The notes beneath the pieces were generated by a model, which saw only the letters and a list, made by a program, of their open reading frames with translations, was not told the DNA's origin and did no database searches. From Catajapyx aquilonaris (lineage: Eukaryota): a stretch of DNA of 64,000 nt. The position numbers and the translations under genes are program-made. Where the stretch lies: NCBI GenBank assembly GCA_000934665.2, contig KZ538473.1, positions 1 through 64,000 of the forward strand. Direction: 5' to 3'. Numbering within the stretch: position 1 is the first letter of the stretch; each line of letters begins with the position of its first letter. Positions 35,842-50,700 of this stretch are shown here, piece by piece.

Positions 35842-38800
35842 CCCCCCCCGTTGCATAATATCGTGCCCTCTTTGTTCTTCCGACCTTTTTTGTGTGTGGG
35901 GGAGGTGAGGTTCTTGATAAGACCCGGGCTTCCAAAATCTCTTCTCCGTTCAAACGTGTGTGGCCTACACGGTAGCTTCAAGTTGCTTAGCGTGTTAGAT
36001 GCTGCCGATAAGATCTGTACAAAACGCCCAGGGGATGGAAGCTCCATGTGACCACCCTTCTATCCTGAGATTACATATCATCCCCTTAATTGGCCTACTT
36101 CACATGTTTCTTTGTGGAATCCCGATCATGCTGCATGGGTGTACATGTGGGTGAGACTTGTGTCAACACAGCACCTGTTCACATGCCCAAAAATGTTCGT
36201 ATATCAGAAACGATAGTCGTCCACAGTAGTTTAAATATAAAACAATGTATTTTTGTTTAATTTACAAGTATATTATTTAAATATTAAAGGCGGATAGAGG
36301 AAGTGAAACGCCTCCATTGATTTCTGCTGCAAAATTGAGCAGGATTTTTCGAAACGCGGACTGAGAGTTTAGTACACACACAATATTGCCCCACCCCACA
36401 CCCCTCCCCGATTTCTTTCACCGCACCATGTTCCGGATTATATTCCGGAACAGCGCATTGTATCGTATTTCTGTCATGTTTCGGCAACATAATCCGGTCC
36501 GTAACCGCCTCCATATTTTGACTCGGTGTTTCCGTCCACCGCTTTCCTGCGGCATGGTATCCAATAAACCCAGAAAACCATGCACTGCAGACAACGTTGC
36601 GTTGTGGGAAGAGAGGTGGATGGTACAGTGGGAAACATGATGTTACATCTTGATTTCGACGTACAGAGAGCTACACCGGCGGCCTGAACTGATGTAAAGA
36701 GTAAGTTTGATGAGGATGATCCTATATATTCTGGACCAGAGATGAACCTTTGGTAGACGCACGTCAGTGACCCGGCATTGCAGTGTCCGTGTTTTTGTGG
36801 CGCATATATTTTTGTAATTGGTATCCCCGAGGCTTATGCTCTTCGCGCGGCCTCTGCTGCAGTAATGAATGCCTGACTATTGTTTAGTATTGCCGGGCCA
36901 TTGTTTTTCAAAGGGAATCGTGATTTGTGTTGCCGGGAACCGTTAATGTTCTTGTTGGTTTAGTATTACACCAGCCGAATTATGTATTTAGACTGCGTGC
37001 ATTTTTAGCTACTTGTTGGTATACGGTATATTCCTGCATGTATCCACCATGCGCCTGATTGGATTCATTGCCAATGCAATGGAGGACGTTAATTACGCTC
37101 ATCAAGTGCATATGAGAAAATATGAGCAAAACGTGTCGAGGGGGGTGAGTCACCCAGCAGCAGTCATGCTTGTCACCAATTCGTAATCGTCTTTTTTTGC
37201 AGGATGTCATATAGTGGCTTGTGAGTCACTGGGGGCACGAACTGTTCCGCGGCTTAAATAACTTATTTTTTTGTAGGAATTAAAGCGAGTGCTCTTTTGA
37301 ATCTTGCTCCCCGACTTTGTCCTTTGCAATGTCGCAAATCTGATTTTATTTCTTCCGATCCCCCCAGTGCTCTTAAGAAAGAAGAGAACACGAATGGAAG
37401 AAATGAGGCTAATGAAAGGCTGTTTTGTAAGTCCGCTCTGATGGAACTCATTATCTTTTGTAGAGAGCAAAGTTTCTTCCACAGAGGCAATAAACTCCCA
37501 TCCTTTTATATAACCTAAAAAAGTTACACACCATGCATATATTTTTTGCTGTTTGTATTTTGGGAAGTGAAAAGGGGGGGAAAGTTACAGCTGGCCAGCT
37601 CCAGGAGCATCTCCCCCTTTGAAATGAGACAAGCTCAATTAGCAGCCCAGTCCCATTACATTATGAAGCATGTACGTATATAAGCCATATTTGTCGTAAC
37701 TGCTCTTTTTACAATCTCCCACCAGCAGGTTCTGTATAGCTCCCTCTTCGCCAAATGAAGTTATATATGTAGCCTGTCTTTGAAATATGAATGTCCAGGC
37801 ATCAGCTATATGGATATTCTACATATAGCGTATAGACCTTGCTGCTTCAGACATGGTTTTTGCCTCGGCTGTCACGAATTCTGTGTGACATCTACCGATA
37901 TTCTATTTTATTTCTGAGGTCTGGGAAATTGATCCCTCAGGAACTTCTGTTATGCAGGTAGCTGGCAATTTATTGAACGAGTCAATCGGATAAAAGGCCC
38001 CATCGATTTTTTTTGAAACGCAACTCATATGTGTGGCAAGTGAAACGGTCCAGTTCTATGCGTATGTACATCTACGTGATTGACATGCACTATAATTATT
38101 TGTAAGCAGTCTAGCTGCACCGTGACACGTGCTCGGTGGTTAAATGTTGCAATTCCAGCAACAAAGTAGCAATGCAGTATCTGCGAATCTGATAGCCGGT
38201 TCAAGTGAGAGATCAAAGCCAAGTTGACTGGAGCTCCCATGCAGAAACTCCATGGAGAGATTATTTGGGGCGACCATTAAAATGCATAATATAAAGCGAG
38301 GGTGACGAGGTGGTGGTCTGGTGGGGTGGAAAAGTGCTAACATGTACTTGGTCCCGATTGTAGCGCACGATAGCGGGGCCTACTATTCTGTTATGTATGC
38401 GATAGAGTTGTTCGACAGTGTGTAGGCTTTCACGTACTCCTCTTGAAAAATTAATGTATTGCTGACTGCTGGCCGCATCACGCTTTCATGAGCGGCCGAC
38501 TGGGTGTAATCTGTGTGGCCACATGTCATCAATGTCTAAAATTAGCGGCGGCGCAATCTTCCCTTTGTTATCGGAGTCATAACTGTCAAAATATTGCCAG
38601 GTTTATCTGGAACACCTTGAGCGTTCGTGTTTTCAGCTCTTTCTGGTGCGCCTTGTGCATAAGTTATGCCCGCAGGTAAATGGAGGCAATAGTCCCGATG
38701 CCAACATGCCGGAAAAAATACCGTACTCATTTGGAGGCATTAATTTGAGTCCGGGCAGTAATAGTTGCCGCGAGAAAATCTACCCCCTTGATGTCCAGCA

Positions 38801-40074
38801 ATTTCGCAGCTGACCGCCAGGACTGGGTCATTTGGGGCAGAAAGTACATAAAATCCGGCTCGTAAAAGTCACTTTGGCATTTCCTTACATGAAGCGGGAG
38901 GAGTAGGGCTGGGTGGTAGAGAACCGCATTAATCCCTGTATAGTGTAAGTAAAAAGGGGTAGAGTCCCCGGCCGGCCGGCGTCGGAAGTGTCGCATGCAG
39001 CTGGAACACCACACGAGATCTTTTCCCCGGATTTTCCGGGACCTGCATGATATTTTTTCCTCTCTCCAGTGGAGGGCGCGGCTGTATTTATTATGAGATT
39101 CCGCATTATCCGGAGGAACGGGCAGGCCACATTTGATTAGTTGCCTGCACGCGGCCGGAATCGGCACGTGATTTCATGGGGGACGTACGGATTTCAATTG
39201 CACTGCAAGACTTGGGGATATGCTCCGTCATCCCATTGCTCACGATTATAAGCTGCTTCCCTCGTATATCAATCGGATGGGAATCAGGTACCATTTTTCC
39301 ACCGGCCTTTTCCATCGCTCTTTGTTGGTTGGTTTCAACTCTGTGTGTGACGGTTTGGGGAGATGGGCTGCTGCAGGAGACCAGATATTGAGAAATGATT
39401 AAAGGTTGTGGATATGTAACGGCTGGATTCAATAGACCGTTAACGCGTAGTTTCCTGCAGGCAAGCCAAATATGCTTTACTGGCTGCCGAAACCCGACGG
39501 CCATGCATGCTTGGACATTGTCAGGTGTGTCCAGAGTCATCAATTTGCAGCCCGGTCAACTGTGGGAGGTGCCCGGCTCTGGCTGAACTTTCCGCTCGTA
39601 TAATGAGAAGTCGCGGATTTGTTCATATTAAAGGTCGTGCAAAAGTCTAGCGTGAATCATTTATACAGTGCTGCCCTACATTATTATTCCAGCAAATCAC
39701 GAGTGGAAGTGGAAGAGTGACGCAAGTGATATTAGTAGTCAGAAATTTGTACATTTTATACGATATGTGCAGGGATTTTTTCTTATGACCCTGGAGTCCA
39801 TTACATGTTTTCTTTTAACATATCAGGAACGTGTGTCGCCTGTAAATTTCACAGCAGTTTGAGAACTGACCATGTGGGTGATTAGATTTTTTAAAAATAG
39901 AGTATTATTCATCTCACATTGAGACTGTATATAGGGGCTCTATTGGAACGCAAAAGAATGCGGTACAGGTAATAATAACAATTTTTTAGACCCCGAGATA
40001 AGACTCGAGTGTCTCGAGGGGATGTTGTTCTTTCATTTCTCTTCTCGCCTATTTTGCCTCTGGGGGAGAACATG

Positions 40075-40225
40075 TGGAGGAAGGGAGGTGATTGTGGTCG
40101 CTTCTTTATCATCAGAGCTGTCCCGGCATTCGCCTGGAGGTGGCTAAGAAAAATCGCAGAAAACATTGGCCAGGGCTGCAAGGCCTTTGGACTTGAACTC
40201 AGCGCTTGGAATTCGGAAGGCATAT
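40075..40225 (-). mobile_element. Old SINE fragment
   Basis: TCCCGGCATTCGCCTGGAGG..GAAAAATCGCAGAAAAC..CCAGG resembles a widespread insect SINE body motif; B-box-like GAGTTCAAGTCC on the minus strand at 40189-40200. Confidence 0.5.
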
Positions 40226-41570
40226 TCCTTACGCCAAACATCCTCTGTTGATGCAGATAATTGCCAATTAAATTCTACGTTTACGTAAACACTGTCACAT
40301 TGTAATTAACACCTGACATAATGGCCAATAAAATCAATTGCAGCTAATATGCATATATTACATAGGCTATACGTACCTGCGCTGCGGCTAGCAGGTCTAC
40401 AAAAATAATGTAGCGAGAAATTCTCCACTATTTGACTTGCTTCTTGACTGGGATGCATTTTGCACGGACTGGTCCAGCTTGATATGAAAGGAAAAAGAGA
40501 AACACACCGAGTACTACGAAGTGGCTTTGGCGGTCATAATTCAAGCTGGCCGACGTTCTGGACAGTGATCGTTGGGAACTGGGATATCCCAGATAATATT
40601 CAGTATGTAAGGCGAATAAAGAATGAGGCAGAGGCGATGCTGTTTATTTAAAGCAACGTCTCTTTCTTTAGTCCTTCCACCCTCTTGTCTGCTCCAATAT
40701 TATGCACCGAGTATCTCTGGTTGTGTGAGTGGGTGATGTTCTCATGCATCACAATTGGGACCTTCCTCTGAGGTGGTTGGGAGCCAAGAGATGCTCCCTG
40801 CCTTTTCATATTTTTCCTGCTTCCCTTTTTCTCCCTCTACTTCTTCTCCTGATCTGGAACTAAAGTAGGGGATTTTACAGCGTGTGTGCAAGTCTGGGAA
40901 GAGCCCACTTGAGAGCAGTTTCACTCGGATATGGCCTGCTTTAATACGCAGTGGTTTGATTAGGAAAAAATTGCCAGCTGAAAATTAAGACCCTGAAATT
41001 TATTGCGTGCAGCTTCCCCATTTTTTGAATGGATGTCACTTCTGAGAGAGAGACGGGAAAGCCCCCGGGGATATTTTTCGGCTCTAAGATAGGAAATTGC
41101 TCCTCTGTGATGTGGAGGAGCGCTGCTTGACTATTACTTGACGTTTTCGTAGACTGAGAGAGGTTGATGCGATGGGGAGCGCCCACCTTGTCTTCTCCAG
41201 AATATTGAAAGAATAAGAGTCAAGCCGATGCAGATCAAGGCCGTCGTCTCGTTTATTACGTCAGAAGCCGCTTTGGATTACAACATAATCACAGGCTGTC
41301 ACAAGAGGCTGGAAACATATACCGGAGCATTTCATATTAATTAATCTTCATTTTGAAATGAAATGGGCCAAACTACAGTAGATGGTGACAAACTTCTTAT
41401 ATGCAGCAGAAGGTCTATGATGCCCCCAGCTGCTCCGGTTAGAAAGGAGAGATGGAGAGCGGCCATATCCGAATTTTGTCTGTAGTCCTGGACTCCCCCA
41501 ACCTTTCCTTCTCCTCTTTTGTATTCCGGTTGCATAGTTCAATTTCCGAGGAGTATAATGACGTCAGAAT

Positions 41571-41574
<4 letters not shown>

Positions 41575-41650
<76 letters not shown>
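41575..41650. repeat. (GA)n microsatellite
   Basis: Directly visible. Confidence 0.99.
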
Positions 41651-41655
<5 letters not shown>

Positions 41656-44600
41656 AAATAATGACAAGAAGAAACATGGGGCGGCCTGTGAAGGGTCGGC
41701 TGTCTACAATGCAGCCTCGCTCCTTGATACGAAGGCGTAACAATAAATAAGGGCGAGATGGCGAAATTAATCTCCAGACAATGCAATCGTTATGTTTATT
41801 AACAGCTTGGAGAGTGCACCCGAGGTGGGGATCCTTGTCACTCGACAGGGTGCCTGCTGAAAAGGGTTGAGCACATCTCCTTCCTTTACAGTACCATGCT
41901 GTCATAGTGAATTATTGCGGTGGGCTGCTGAGAAACTCATAGAAATCCGGTGGTACACCCAATACTTCATTCTTGTACTGCACAGTATATTAGTTGTGTG
42001 CGACCGGGTGCAGGAGAGTACGGAGGCTTTGATGAGGCCATTCTGAACTTGGGGTCAAATGGGCTTGGCTGCTGGAATTTTGCATCTTGATTCTATTGGA
42101 GTCTACATAACGGCGGATTTCATTCGGTCAGTAAAGCTGGCTGGCTCTTGCTGTGCCTCCTGCTGCTGCACATGCACTGCCACTGCAAATGGTTTCAGTG
42201 CGGTTTCAGCTGCCTAATGTCGCAACAATTTGACTGCCAAATAAACGCTTCCGACCCTGGCGATTATTGCGACTATAAACGGGAATAATTTTAATTGCAT
42301 TGCCCGTAAAAATGCGAGGAATTAAGAGGCTGTGTATCTGTTAAATGGACGCAGCCTTCCCGTTTTCGGGGAGAAATCGACCTCTTCCTCTCCAGTTGCG
42401 AAAAACAACAACAACAATGTGAGCAGCTTGATAGCTCGATGAGACGGAAAAAAAGGATCCGGAAATGGAACTGCTTCATACTTCCAGCATTTAGAAGGAA
42501 TATGGTAATAATTATATAACACGGAAAAAACGAGAGATTTGCAGCTTCTTATCACATGGAATATGGTCATTAAAGCGACAGCATTGCGCGGAGGGGGCAA
42601 TTCACTCCATGCGTTATGGCACACCTTGACTCCAACGGCACGAAATGGTCTGATCCTTTCAGTGACCTCATCCGACCTCCACCCTTTATTTGGCCAGTTC
42701 CTGCGCCATCAAAAAGTCACTCTAGTGTTGTCCAATTCGCTACCAAGTCTTAATGTCTTCTAGGCCTACACCGGCATCTTTTCTGGGCAAAAAGCGGATT
42801 TTGAGTATGCCATAATCAATATCACAGCATGCAATCATATGGGACGTGATTATGCTTTTTTTCTCAGTAGGTTGAGTGTAGGGGGGTGAATAAGGTGGGA
42901 GGGATGGAATTTCACAACTTCTGAACCACCCTCCCTTTTCCATTAGGCAAACTTGAACAAGTTTTGGGAACTTTGAAACGCTGCAAGGGTCTTGGCGTAA
43001 GGACCATAGTAACGTATGTTGATAACATTGGTGGAAGTGGTTGCCTTTACATGCATAAAGGTGATAGGGAAAAAGAAAAAGTTCCCAATTTCTGATCGAG
43101 TGGAACCGCCGTAAAAGGGGTGGTAAATGTGAGGCTACCATCTGGTAATGTTATGCAACAAATCCCCATAGGTCAATGGCTGTTTAAGGAGATCTACATC
43201 TGAAATAAAACCCTGCAGGGGGTGGAGGGGTAGGAAGAGGGATGAGGGATTTCCCCGGCGCGATGCAATGACGTAGAGGGCCTGTGCAAACAAGGTGGGA
43301 TTTTGGCCTATTCAGGCAAAAGATTGAATAATTAAAATCACTCCCCTAATGTGATTGCGTTTGGGCGGTGCCTGCGTTTTTAGCTGGAAGGAGGAGGGGG
43401 AGGGAGAATATTGTCCTGATCTACATGATGCATCCATCCATCAGCTCGTGTTTTTTTTTTGACCAGCAATTTTTTCCGAGCTAGGGCCACTAAAGCAGCT
43501 GGTTCTTTAAAGAATCCCAAAAAATTGAAGAATTAAGTGTTCAACAATTCAATATCTTGCCAGTCTTCTTCCGTTTTTCAATCCGTATGACTTGCTAGAA
43601 GACAATTAGGTGTAGTACATTAAATTAAGGAGTGCAAATGACTTTAAAACTCTGCATTAGCGCAACTCTGGGGATTGAAAATTGACAAAAGATAGGCCTA
43701 AGAAAGGACTATTCGCAATTTAAATAAAACGTTGATCATCTTCCAGTAGTGGCCTTTGAAGCGATGGTGAGCCGAGATATGTTAGCTCTCCACAACCTCT
43801 TTCTCCCCCTCAGGACACCAAGTTTCCAGCAGCCGCTATTAACCTTCCCCCACGCTCATCCAACGGTCGGCCTCTAATTAGCTGCATAATAAAACACGCA
43901 TGTGGAATTGTAGGGTTTGTTGCACCCGACTAGATATGAACAATAAATATGCGGTATTTGGCGCTCCATGTCTCCATTGGGTTGGCTCGTAATGCCTCTA
44001 CAGTTTTACTCTCACTTTCCATTTTCGTTCCGGCCGGCAAAAAAAGAATTTAACAATTTATCCTAATGAAACACGCTGCTTAGCTGGAAACCGGTTGGCT
44101 CCAGGTAACGTTGGTTAGTTATGGGCGTGACGCCGCTAGATGAACTTCCAGAATAATTATTGTCACATGACCAAATATTGGGCCAATATTGGAGCCTACT
44201 GCTGAGCCAAGGTTTTTTTTTTAAGGCCCAAGAAAGCTGTTATCGTCCCCTTTCGAAACCAACGGGCATGTAAAAACTCCCTGCTCGCGACAATATCTTT
44301 TGAGATTCCCCTTAGAGATATTTAATATTCATGTCTTTGGCAGAGACCTCCCTTGAAAAAAAGAACAGAAAAACTCTACTCCCAGCTTTTTATCATGTGG
44401 TGTAATAAGAAGAATATGGGCTTAGAGTGTAAGGAAATATAAATTTGGTGGAAGTCTCCGAGTCTATTTTTGTAGTCTCATCCCTGTGGAAAGCGGAGCG
44501 AAAGAACGTGAAATATGATAACACGGGAGGCCTTTAATTAAAATATCCCGATACTAATGAAATTTCACTTGAATGGAAGGGTGGAAATGAAAACTAGCGA

Positions 44601-44731
44601 GTCTTAGTTGTTAGAGAGGTAATAGATTATATCGCCTACGGGGGCACGTACGATTGTGAGAAAATCTTTCCCTTCCCGACCCTGCCAAATTGGAATGCAG
44701 ATGAATCGATTTTTCTTTCTCCTCCTTCAGA

Positions 44732-44783
44732 TTTTTTTTTTTTCTTCTTCTTCTTCTTCTTCTTCTTTTTTTTCTTCTTCTTT
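44732..44783. repeat. poly-T/(TTC)n low-complexity tract
   Basis: Directly visible. Confidence 0.9.
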
Positions 44784-47700
44784 CTCTCAACTTACGCCAA
44801 GCATATTTGTTGCAGGGGAGAAACAGGGATTCCCTCCGGGATCACCATGTTAGCATGCACACGTCTTGAAACATAATCTGAGATTGAATCAAGAGCATCA
44901 GTGGCGAGGAGAAAATATGAATTAGGGTCTGACATAGTGCGGCATAAATCTTGGTGCCTAGTATCTTGTGAGTGTATATTGCCAAGGTGGACCCCCTGCC
45001 ACCCATTCACACCCGCCTACCGCCCTGTTATTGATTATTTCGAGTTGGTGCCTGAGGAATGGTTCCGCCCGCATTTTCTCAGGTGAAGACCCCGCACAAT
45101 TCCATTTGGGGAAAGTTAACATGCAAACAAGATTGATAAGTCAATCAAATTAACACCTTGGGCACGACGAACAAGTTGCATCATCGCACAATTTCAGCTG
45201 GCTGGAGTTGCTTTGTGTGTAGTTTAGCCGAATAAAACTGGTGAAAAGGCTCGCCTCTGACTTATAACGAGCTTGTGAACAACCATTGACACTTAGCGTA
45301 GGTCGGTGAATCAACTTGGACGGCACTTATTCCAAGATCGGATCCAAATAGGGGAATCATATTGCCAAACCAGTTTTGGCCACCTTTATGAACAGCTATT
45401 TTTCAGCCGCTGAGGAGGTGTCAATGTTCCTTTTCAAGACGCCACATGATGCCTATTATCTTGAAGTGGCCCTAAGTTCTCAATTTTCAAAAAACCTTGT
45501 AATAGGCGCAGCCTCTTGCTTCGTGGGGCTAGGTCTTGACCATTGACTTGTTCGTGACTTGTTTATCTTGGCAAATCCAAGTGCGGATTTGGCCAGGAAG
45601 TCTTTGGGTGCGACAGGGGAGCTGCATTTCATTACCCTGCCCAGCATGCATGCAATGTTTGTCATTCAAACTCCCTGGCGCTGGAAAATAATCAGGTAGC
45701 GTAATTAATTATTTTGAAAGTTTTCACTGCCGCAGAGAAGCGAAAATATGCAAATAGTCGAAGAGTAAGTAGAATAGCAGACACTGGCGCAGAGCCAGGT
45801 GGTACATTCAGACCGGAAAAGGAACTCGGAGGGGGCAGCAAAAATTTTCAGGTTTCGAAAAACTGAAAGTATATATAAGTTCCGGAAGGCCATGCTGAAA
45901 GTACAAGGCGTCATTTATATCTATTACAGCACAGCCATTCTTTACCGGCAGTACTTTTCATAAACCCCACGTGAACATTTCTCTTCATTCCAGACTCCTT
46001 TTCATCGCCAAATGTGCGCCCATTATTTATGCCATCTTAGAAACTGCTGATATAAGGTGTGCAAAAATCCAGGAAAAGTCTGCGCCAGTCACACCTGATA
46101 AATGATGCCACATTCGAGTTATGGAGCATGAGAAGCCACACTATTGTTGACGCTGTGAGGGCAACTAGCCAACATGTTGGCCGAAGGGCTCGTAAATTAT
46201 TTTTAATTGCGCTTTAACACGATATAAAATAAATTCTAAATTGCCGTAACGGCCATGTTGTGTTTTCGCGCTGTCGACACGGATAGTTTGCATGTTTCTG
46301 TCACCCGCAGGAGTTACTAGTGTGAAGTTAACTTTCAACGGTCGGGTATAATCAACAGCAAACATGTAGGCCCGTTGCATATCGTGTGTGTTCAGTGCAC
46401 CTGCCGGCATAATCCTCTTTACTTTTGATTGAACTCATATTGCGGAAAGTGACTCTTCAAATCAATTGATTGTTTAGAAATGGACGTTAGTGGGGAAAGG
46501 AGCGAAAAACGGGACATTTAGTCTACCCCCTGGCTCTCCCCTGCCCGCCTCCGTCCCCCTCTCCCCACCAGGAAGGGAGTCCCGCGAGTCCGATTCGGAA
46601 TACCCTGAAAACAATATGCGACCCTTGCGTGCCGGCCACACTGCAAATAAAGCCTGTGCGCAATAGTAGTAGAGGGCCTATTGGCATGTTGGTCGTGTTG
46701 CCTTCCCCCCCCCTCCCCCCCACACACTCCACATTTATTATTCCCCCTTCCTCCACCCCCACATGACTATTCCAACCGTACTAGTTGCCGATCAAGCAAA
46801 AATTCGCTTCCGCACCTAAAGGTCAGCATTTGTCAGAATCCAGTTTCCACGTCAGCATGAGAAAGAGTTTGTGGGTCGGTTTCTGGGGCAGGGGAAGGCG
46901 GGTGTGGGGAAGGAGGGCGAGGGAGTGAATCTGCCAAGGCACGAGGCCCAAAATCGATTCATTTTTTCCCCGAGTCTCAAACCCGGTTTTTTCCTCCATT
47001 TTTTCCCCAGGTTATGGGGATGAAAGTAAAGGGGCATAATTATATTATTGCATTAAGATATCAGCTGTGTCGTTGTCAATCTTCCATCTCCCTCCTCTGC
47101 CACCCACCCTCCCCTCTCGCACCCCTTAAGACTTTTTGATGGATGGAACTTTACGTCATGAGAGAAACTTAGTGGCCATTTGGCATGCCAGGTTAATGGC
47201 CATTAAATTATGAATATCACGAAAGGAATATTGATCCCCCCTTTCCTCTCCTCCACCTCCCTCTTTCCCCTCCACCTCTTCAGAGCGAAACCTGTAAACT
47301 TTCCTACGACCATCTCTGGAGATAGGCCTAGCTTTGGAACTGTTATTGGCATGGATTGTTTCGAGTTCGAGAGCCACACCTTCGGCTATGCCAACTTGTT
47401 CCTGCCGAGTAACTTATTATTTCTCTCACTTTCCCGCCTGTTTGTCTCGACTTGCTTTACCTATATAGGTTGGCTTTTTGCTCGGATTTTCGCTATGGAA
47501 CGATTTGCTTTGTAAAGTCCATATTCGAGTCACCTAGTGCTGGGCTGAATATGAAGAGTGACAATTGCGTAATTTAGCAAGCAGAATTCACTGTCATTTC
47601 ATGCAATTTGTGCCCATGTGTGCATCACTATACGCCCACTCGTAACGTATATGAATTTCATATTGGCCATGTATGTAATCGGCATAAATCGATTTTAGAC

Positions 47701-50700
47701 TCCTAATGGATATTGTCACACACTCCACCCGACCTGTTTTTGTTCCGCTTTTAATATTTTGTCGTACTTGAATCGCCTTTAAACAAATAGAGTGTTAATA
47801 GTGAATTGAAGGTGCAAATTAGAGTATGATTATTGCTAAGTGCTGGCTGTAACACGCCCCAAGAAGGCAAAGGAGAAAAAATGAGGAGGATGAGCGTGTA
47901 ACGATATTAGGAGTGCAAATGAGAGTCGAGAGTAAATATGGGCTGATGAGGGGGGAGTGTCCAGTCTGAAGTAAAGCATGATAAGTTGGTGGATAGTGGG
48001 GTGGCCTGAGTCACCTGTAATCTAGTCAAACACGTATGAAGGTCCCTTCCCCTTGGCAACTGCCACCATCCGCGAGCTGTCATGCACGGATGAACCTCAC
48101 TTTGAAAAGCTCCGACCACGTTTTTCCAAACTTGCATGTCGCTTTTCCATTAGGCGGTTCCCATTAGACCGCCTACTGCACTCAGGCCTCTTTCACTCTG
48201 CAGCCCTAGAAGAGGCCGCGTGGGACACTTGTTTGTTTGCAGGCTTTTGTAGAGGGGGGCTGAGGATGGGGGGAGGATGGGGAGAGGGTAAGCAAGCTTA
48301 CCTTCCGCTTCCCCACCCAACCTAGCCCATCCCGCAACCGCACTGTCATGTCTGCTTCCCCTGACTTTGGTAGGTGAGCGGAGAGATGCCATCATCACAC
48401 ACCTTTTTGTCATCTTCCGGGCTCCTCCCACAAGCTCTTCTCTTTGCACACACTATCCCTTTCTGACACACACAGGTGGAATGGCTACCGCACGCCTGCT
48501 GCACCTCACTCTTGTCTCATTAGTGTCGCCCCCTAATTACATCCAGGACAACTAAATGCGCTCATGGTATGTCTTTCAGCCTACCAATCCAAAACTGGGA
48601 AAGGGTTTACTTCTGGTTGGTTGACGCTTATGTAAATTAAACAATTACCGCGTAGCTTTGTATCCCACACAACTACTTGTAGTCGTGTGTCAAGATGCTT
48701 GTAGAGTACAAAACTGCATTACTTTTAATGACCAATAACAGTGTAATTGTCATCCGAAGGGATACGGGTGTCGCCAATGGAAAATATTTAAGCCTGTCAA
48801 TGTAAATGAAATGTTGCATACTCTTGTAACACGATGAAAGGACGTTAGGCACGATGGAAAAATCTGACCCGGGAATACACATAATATACCTCAAACATCT
48901 GTCTTGTCAATTTTTTTTTTTTCCAAATGAAATTTGGGATTGGTTAAAATTTATAAATGCGACCAGTTTATATTGCATGAAATATCCTCTACCGTGTGTG
49001 TAACCCAAAGCCAATGCCCTGGGAAAATGTTAGAATAACGTCCATAATGAATTTTGATAGGCGACGAATCCATGTGCGACAGAATAGCATGCGGATTTAA
49101 CCCGACATGCATTAGCGCGTTCTATTATAGCGTTTCACCCTCCATGAAATTTAGCAAATCACCATGCGGTAAGCTGAATAGAGGCATACAGTTTTTCTTT
49201 TTCTCCCTGTGGAATCAAATACATTGGCACACTGGTTGATGCAAATCAGGAACGTGGTGAATGTAAAGTTTCGATAGATTTGCTGCGGTCTGTAAAATTT
49301 TACATTTGAGCCCGAGTTACACGGATACATGATGAATTTGGGGTCTCTTGACATAGCCTCCCTTCTCCACAAAAAAGGGTAGGAAAAAATGGGCGAGGTT
49401 CCACGGTGCAACTCGGGTTGAACTTATTCTGGAGACCTGGTCACGTCCTACCCTCAACTCACCCCCTTCTCCGCAACTCCCCCACCTTCCAGTAGGGGAA
49501 AAAAGGGGGAATCTGGGGATGATGTTTGGGTGAAGGTGGCGGGTGGGAATCCCATCTCCTCCCCGCCTGTTAACTCCTCCCTTAGCTTCATTCGGATGCA
49601 AATGCTGATTCATCTTCATTTAGAAAGCGGCAAAGCCCGGAAGCATTGGCTGTGAGTGACAGGCCCACAAGTGCTGCTGCTGCCGGCGGGGAAAAGAGTT
49701 ATCGGGGGTGGGGGCCATGTTGGTGCGCGTGCCAACTGGCCCGCCAGACAAGAACCCTTTTGCTATCCCCATGGAGATGAGAGTCCACTTTCCCACTTGA
49801 TGGGATCGGAAGGAGACACCCAAAAAAACGGCAGAGCGTTCAAAAGGATTTTCAACCAAAAATTGTGCAAATGGCGAATGTGGCGAACCTTTTTGCTTGT
49901 GATTGTACGTACAGTTCCCCTGCTGATAGTTCGATAGGAACTTGATAGGCATATCGCTGACATATTCTGCCGATACCTTAGGCTAATGCATAGGCTGGGT
50001 TCCAACTGGGTTTGACTTATCGAATAAGTCCCTGGACACAGTGCTTCCACGCTTTGTTTATCGCTCGTTTTAATCTGGGGTTAGCTGAAGCTGGGGACTG
50101 GCAGAGGTCAACTAGGGTGTCGATCAAACGAGCCCATTACAGCGTCAGTTAGCTTACAATTGAGGTAGGAAACGACAACTGAGTGATAATGCGGTCAATT
50201 TTTGCTTCATACAAGCCAGTTTCGCCGGCACATCGGATGTATTGCGTGTCGGGTCGTAATCAGTATCCCACGTGACGATCCAATCCCACTCTCGAGAATC
50301 GTCGCTTTGGGAATATTCCGGGATTATATTACTATCAGCGGAAGTGTGGCACTTGTCAGATCCAACTTTGTTTACCCAAGCATGTTACGGCAACATGGAT
50401 GCATATTTGGAGACCAGAATGGCAACAATGATTTTCCTTTGAACCCCTTCCAGTCCGGACTTGATCCCATGGATTGGCTTATCGATCTGCTGGAATTAAC
50501 GGTCGGTTATTAGGCAGACAGAACAGAGAATACGAAGCGTCCTAGGGGTATGAATAAACAACATTCTAGAATCGACAATAGACGAGTGTATGGGTATACG
50601 TAGTATAGAGGCAAGCCTAAAGGCGGATTCGTTTAGCAGGTTCTAAAGCGCCATTTTACTGCTCCACAGTCTCTTTTTTTATCGTTACTAATACCCTTTG

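Noticed and set aside
47170..47205. Short hairpins (also near 44170, 54145)
   Set aside because: Stems of about 8-11 bp without TSDs; compatible with chance.
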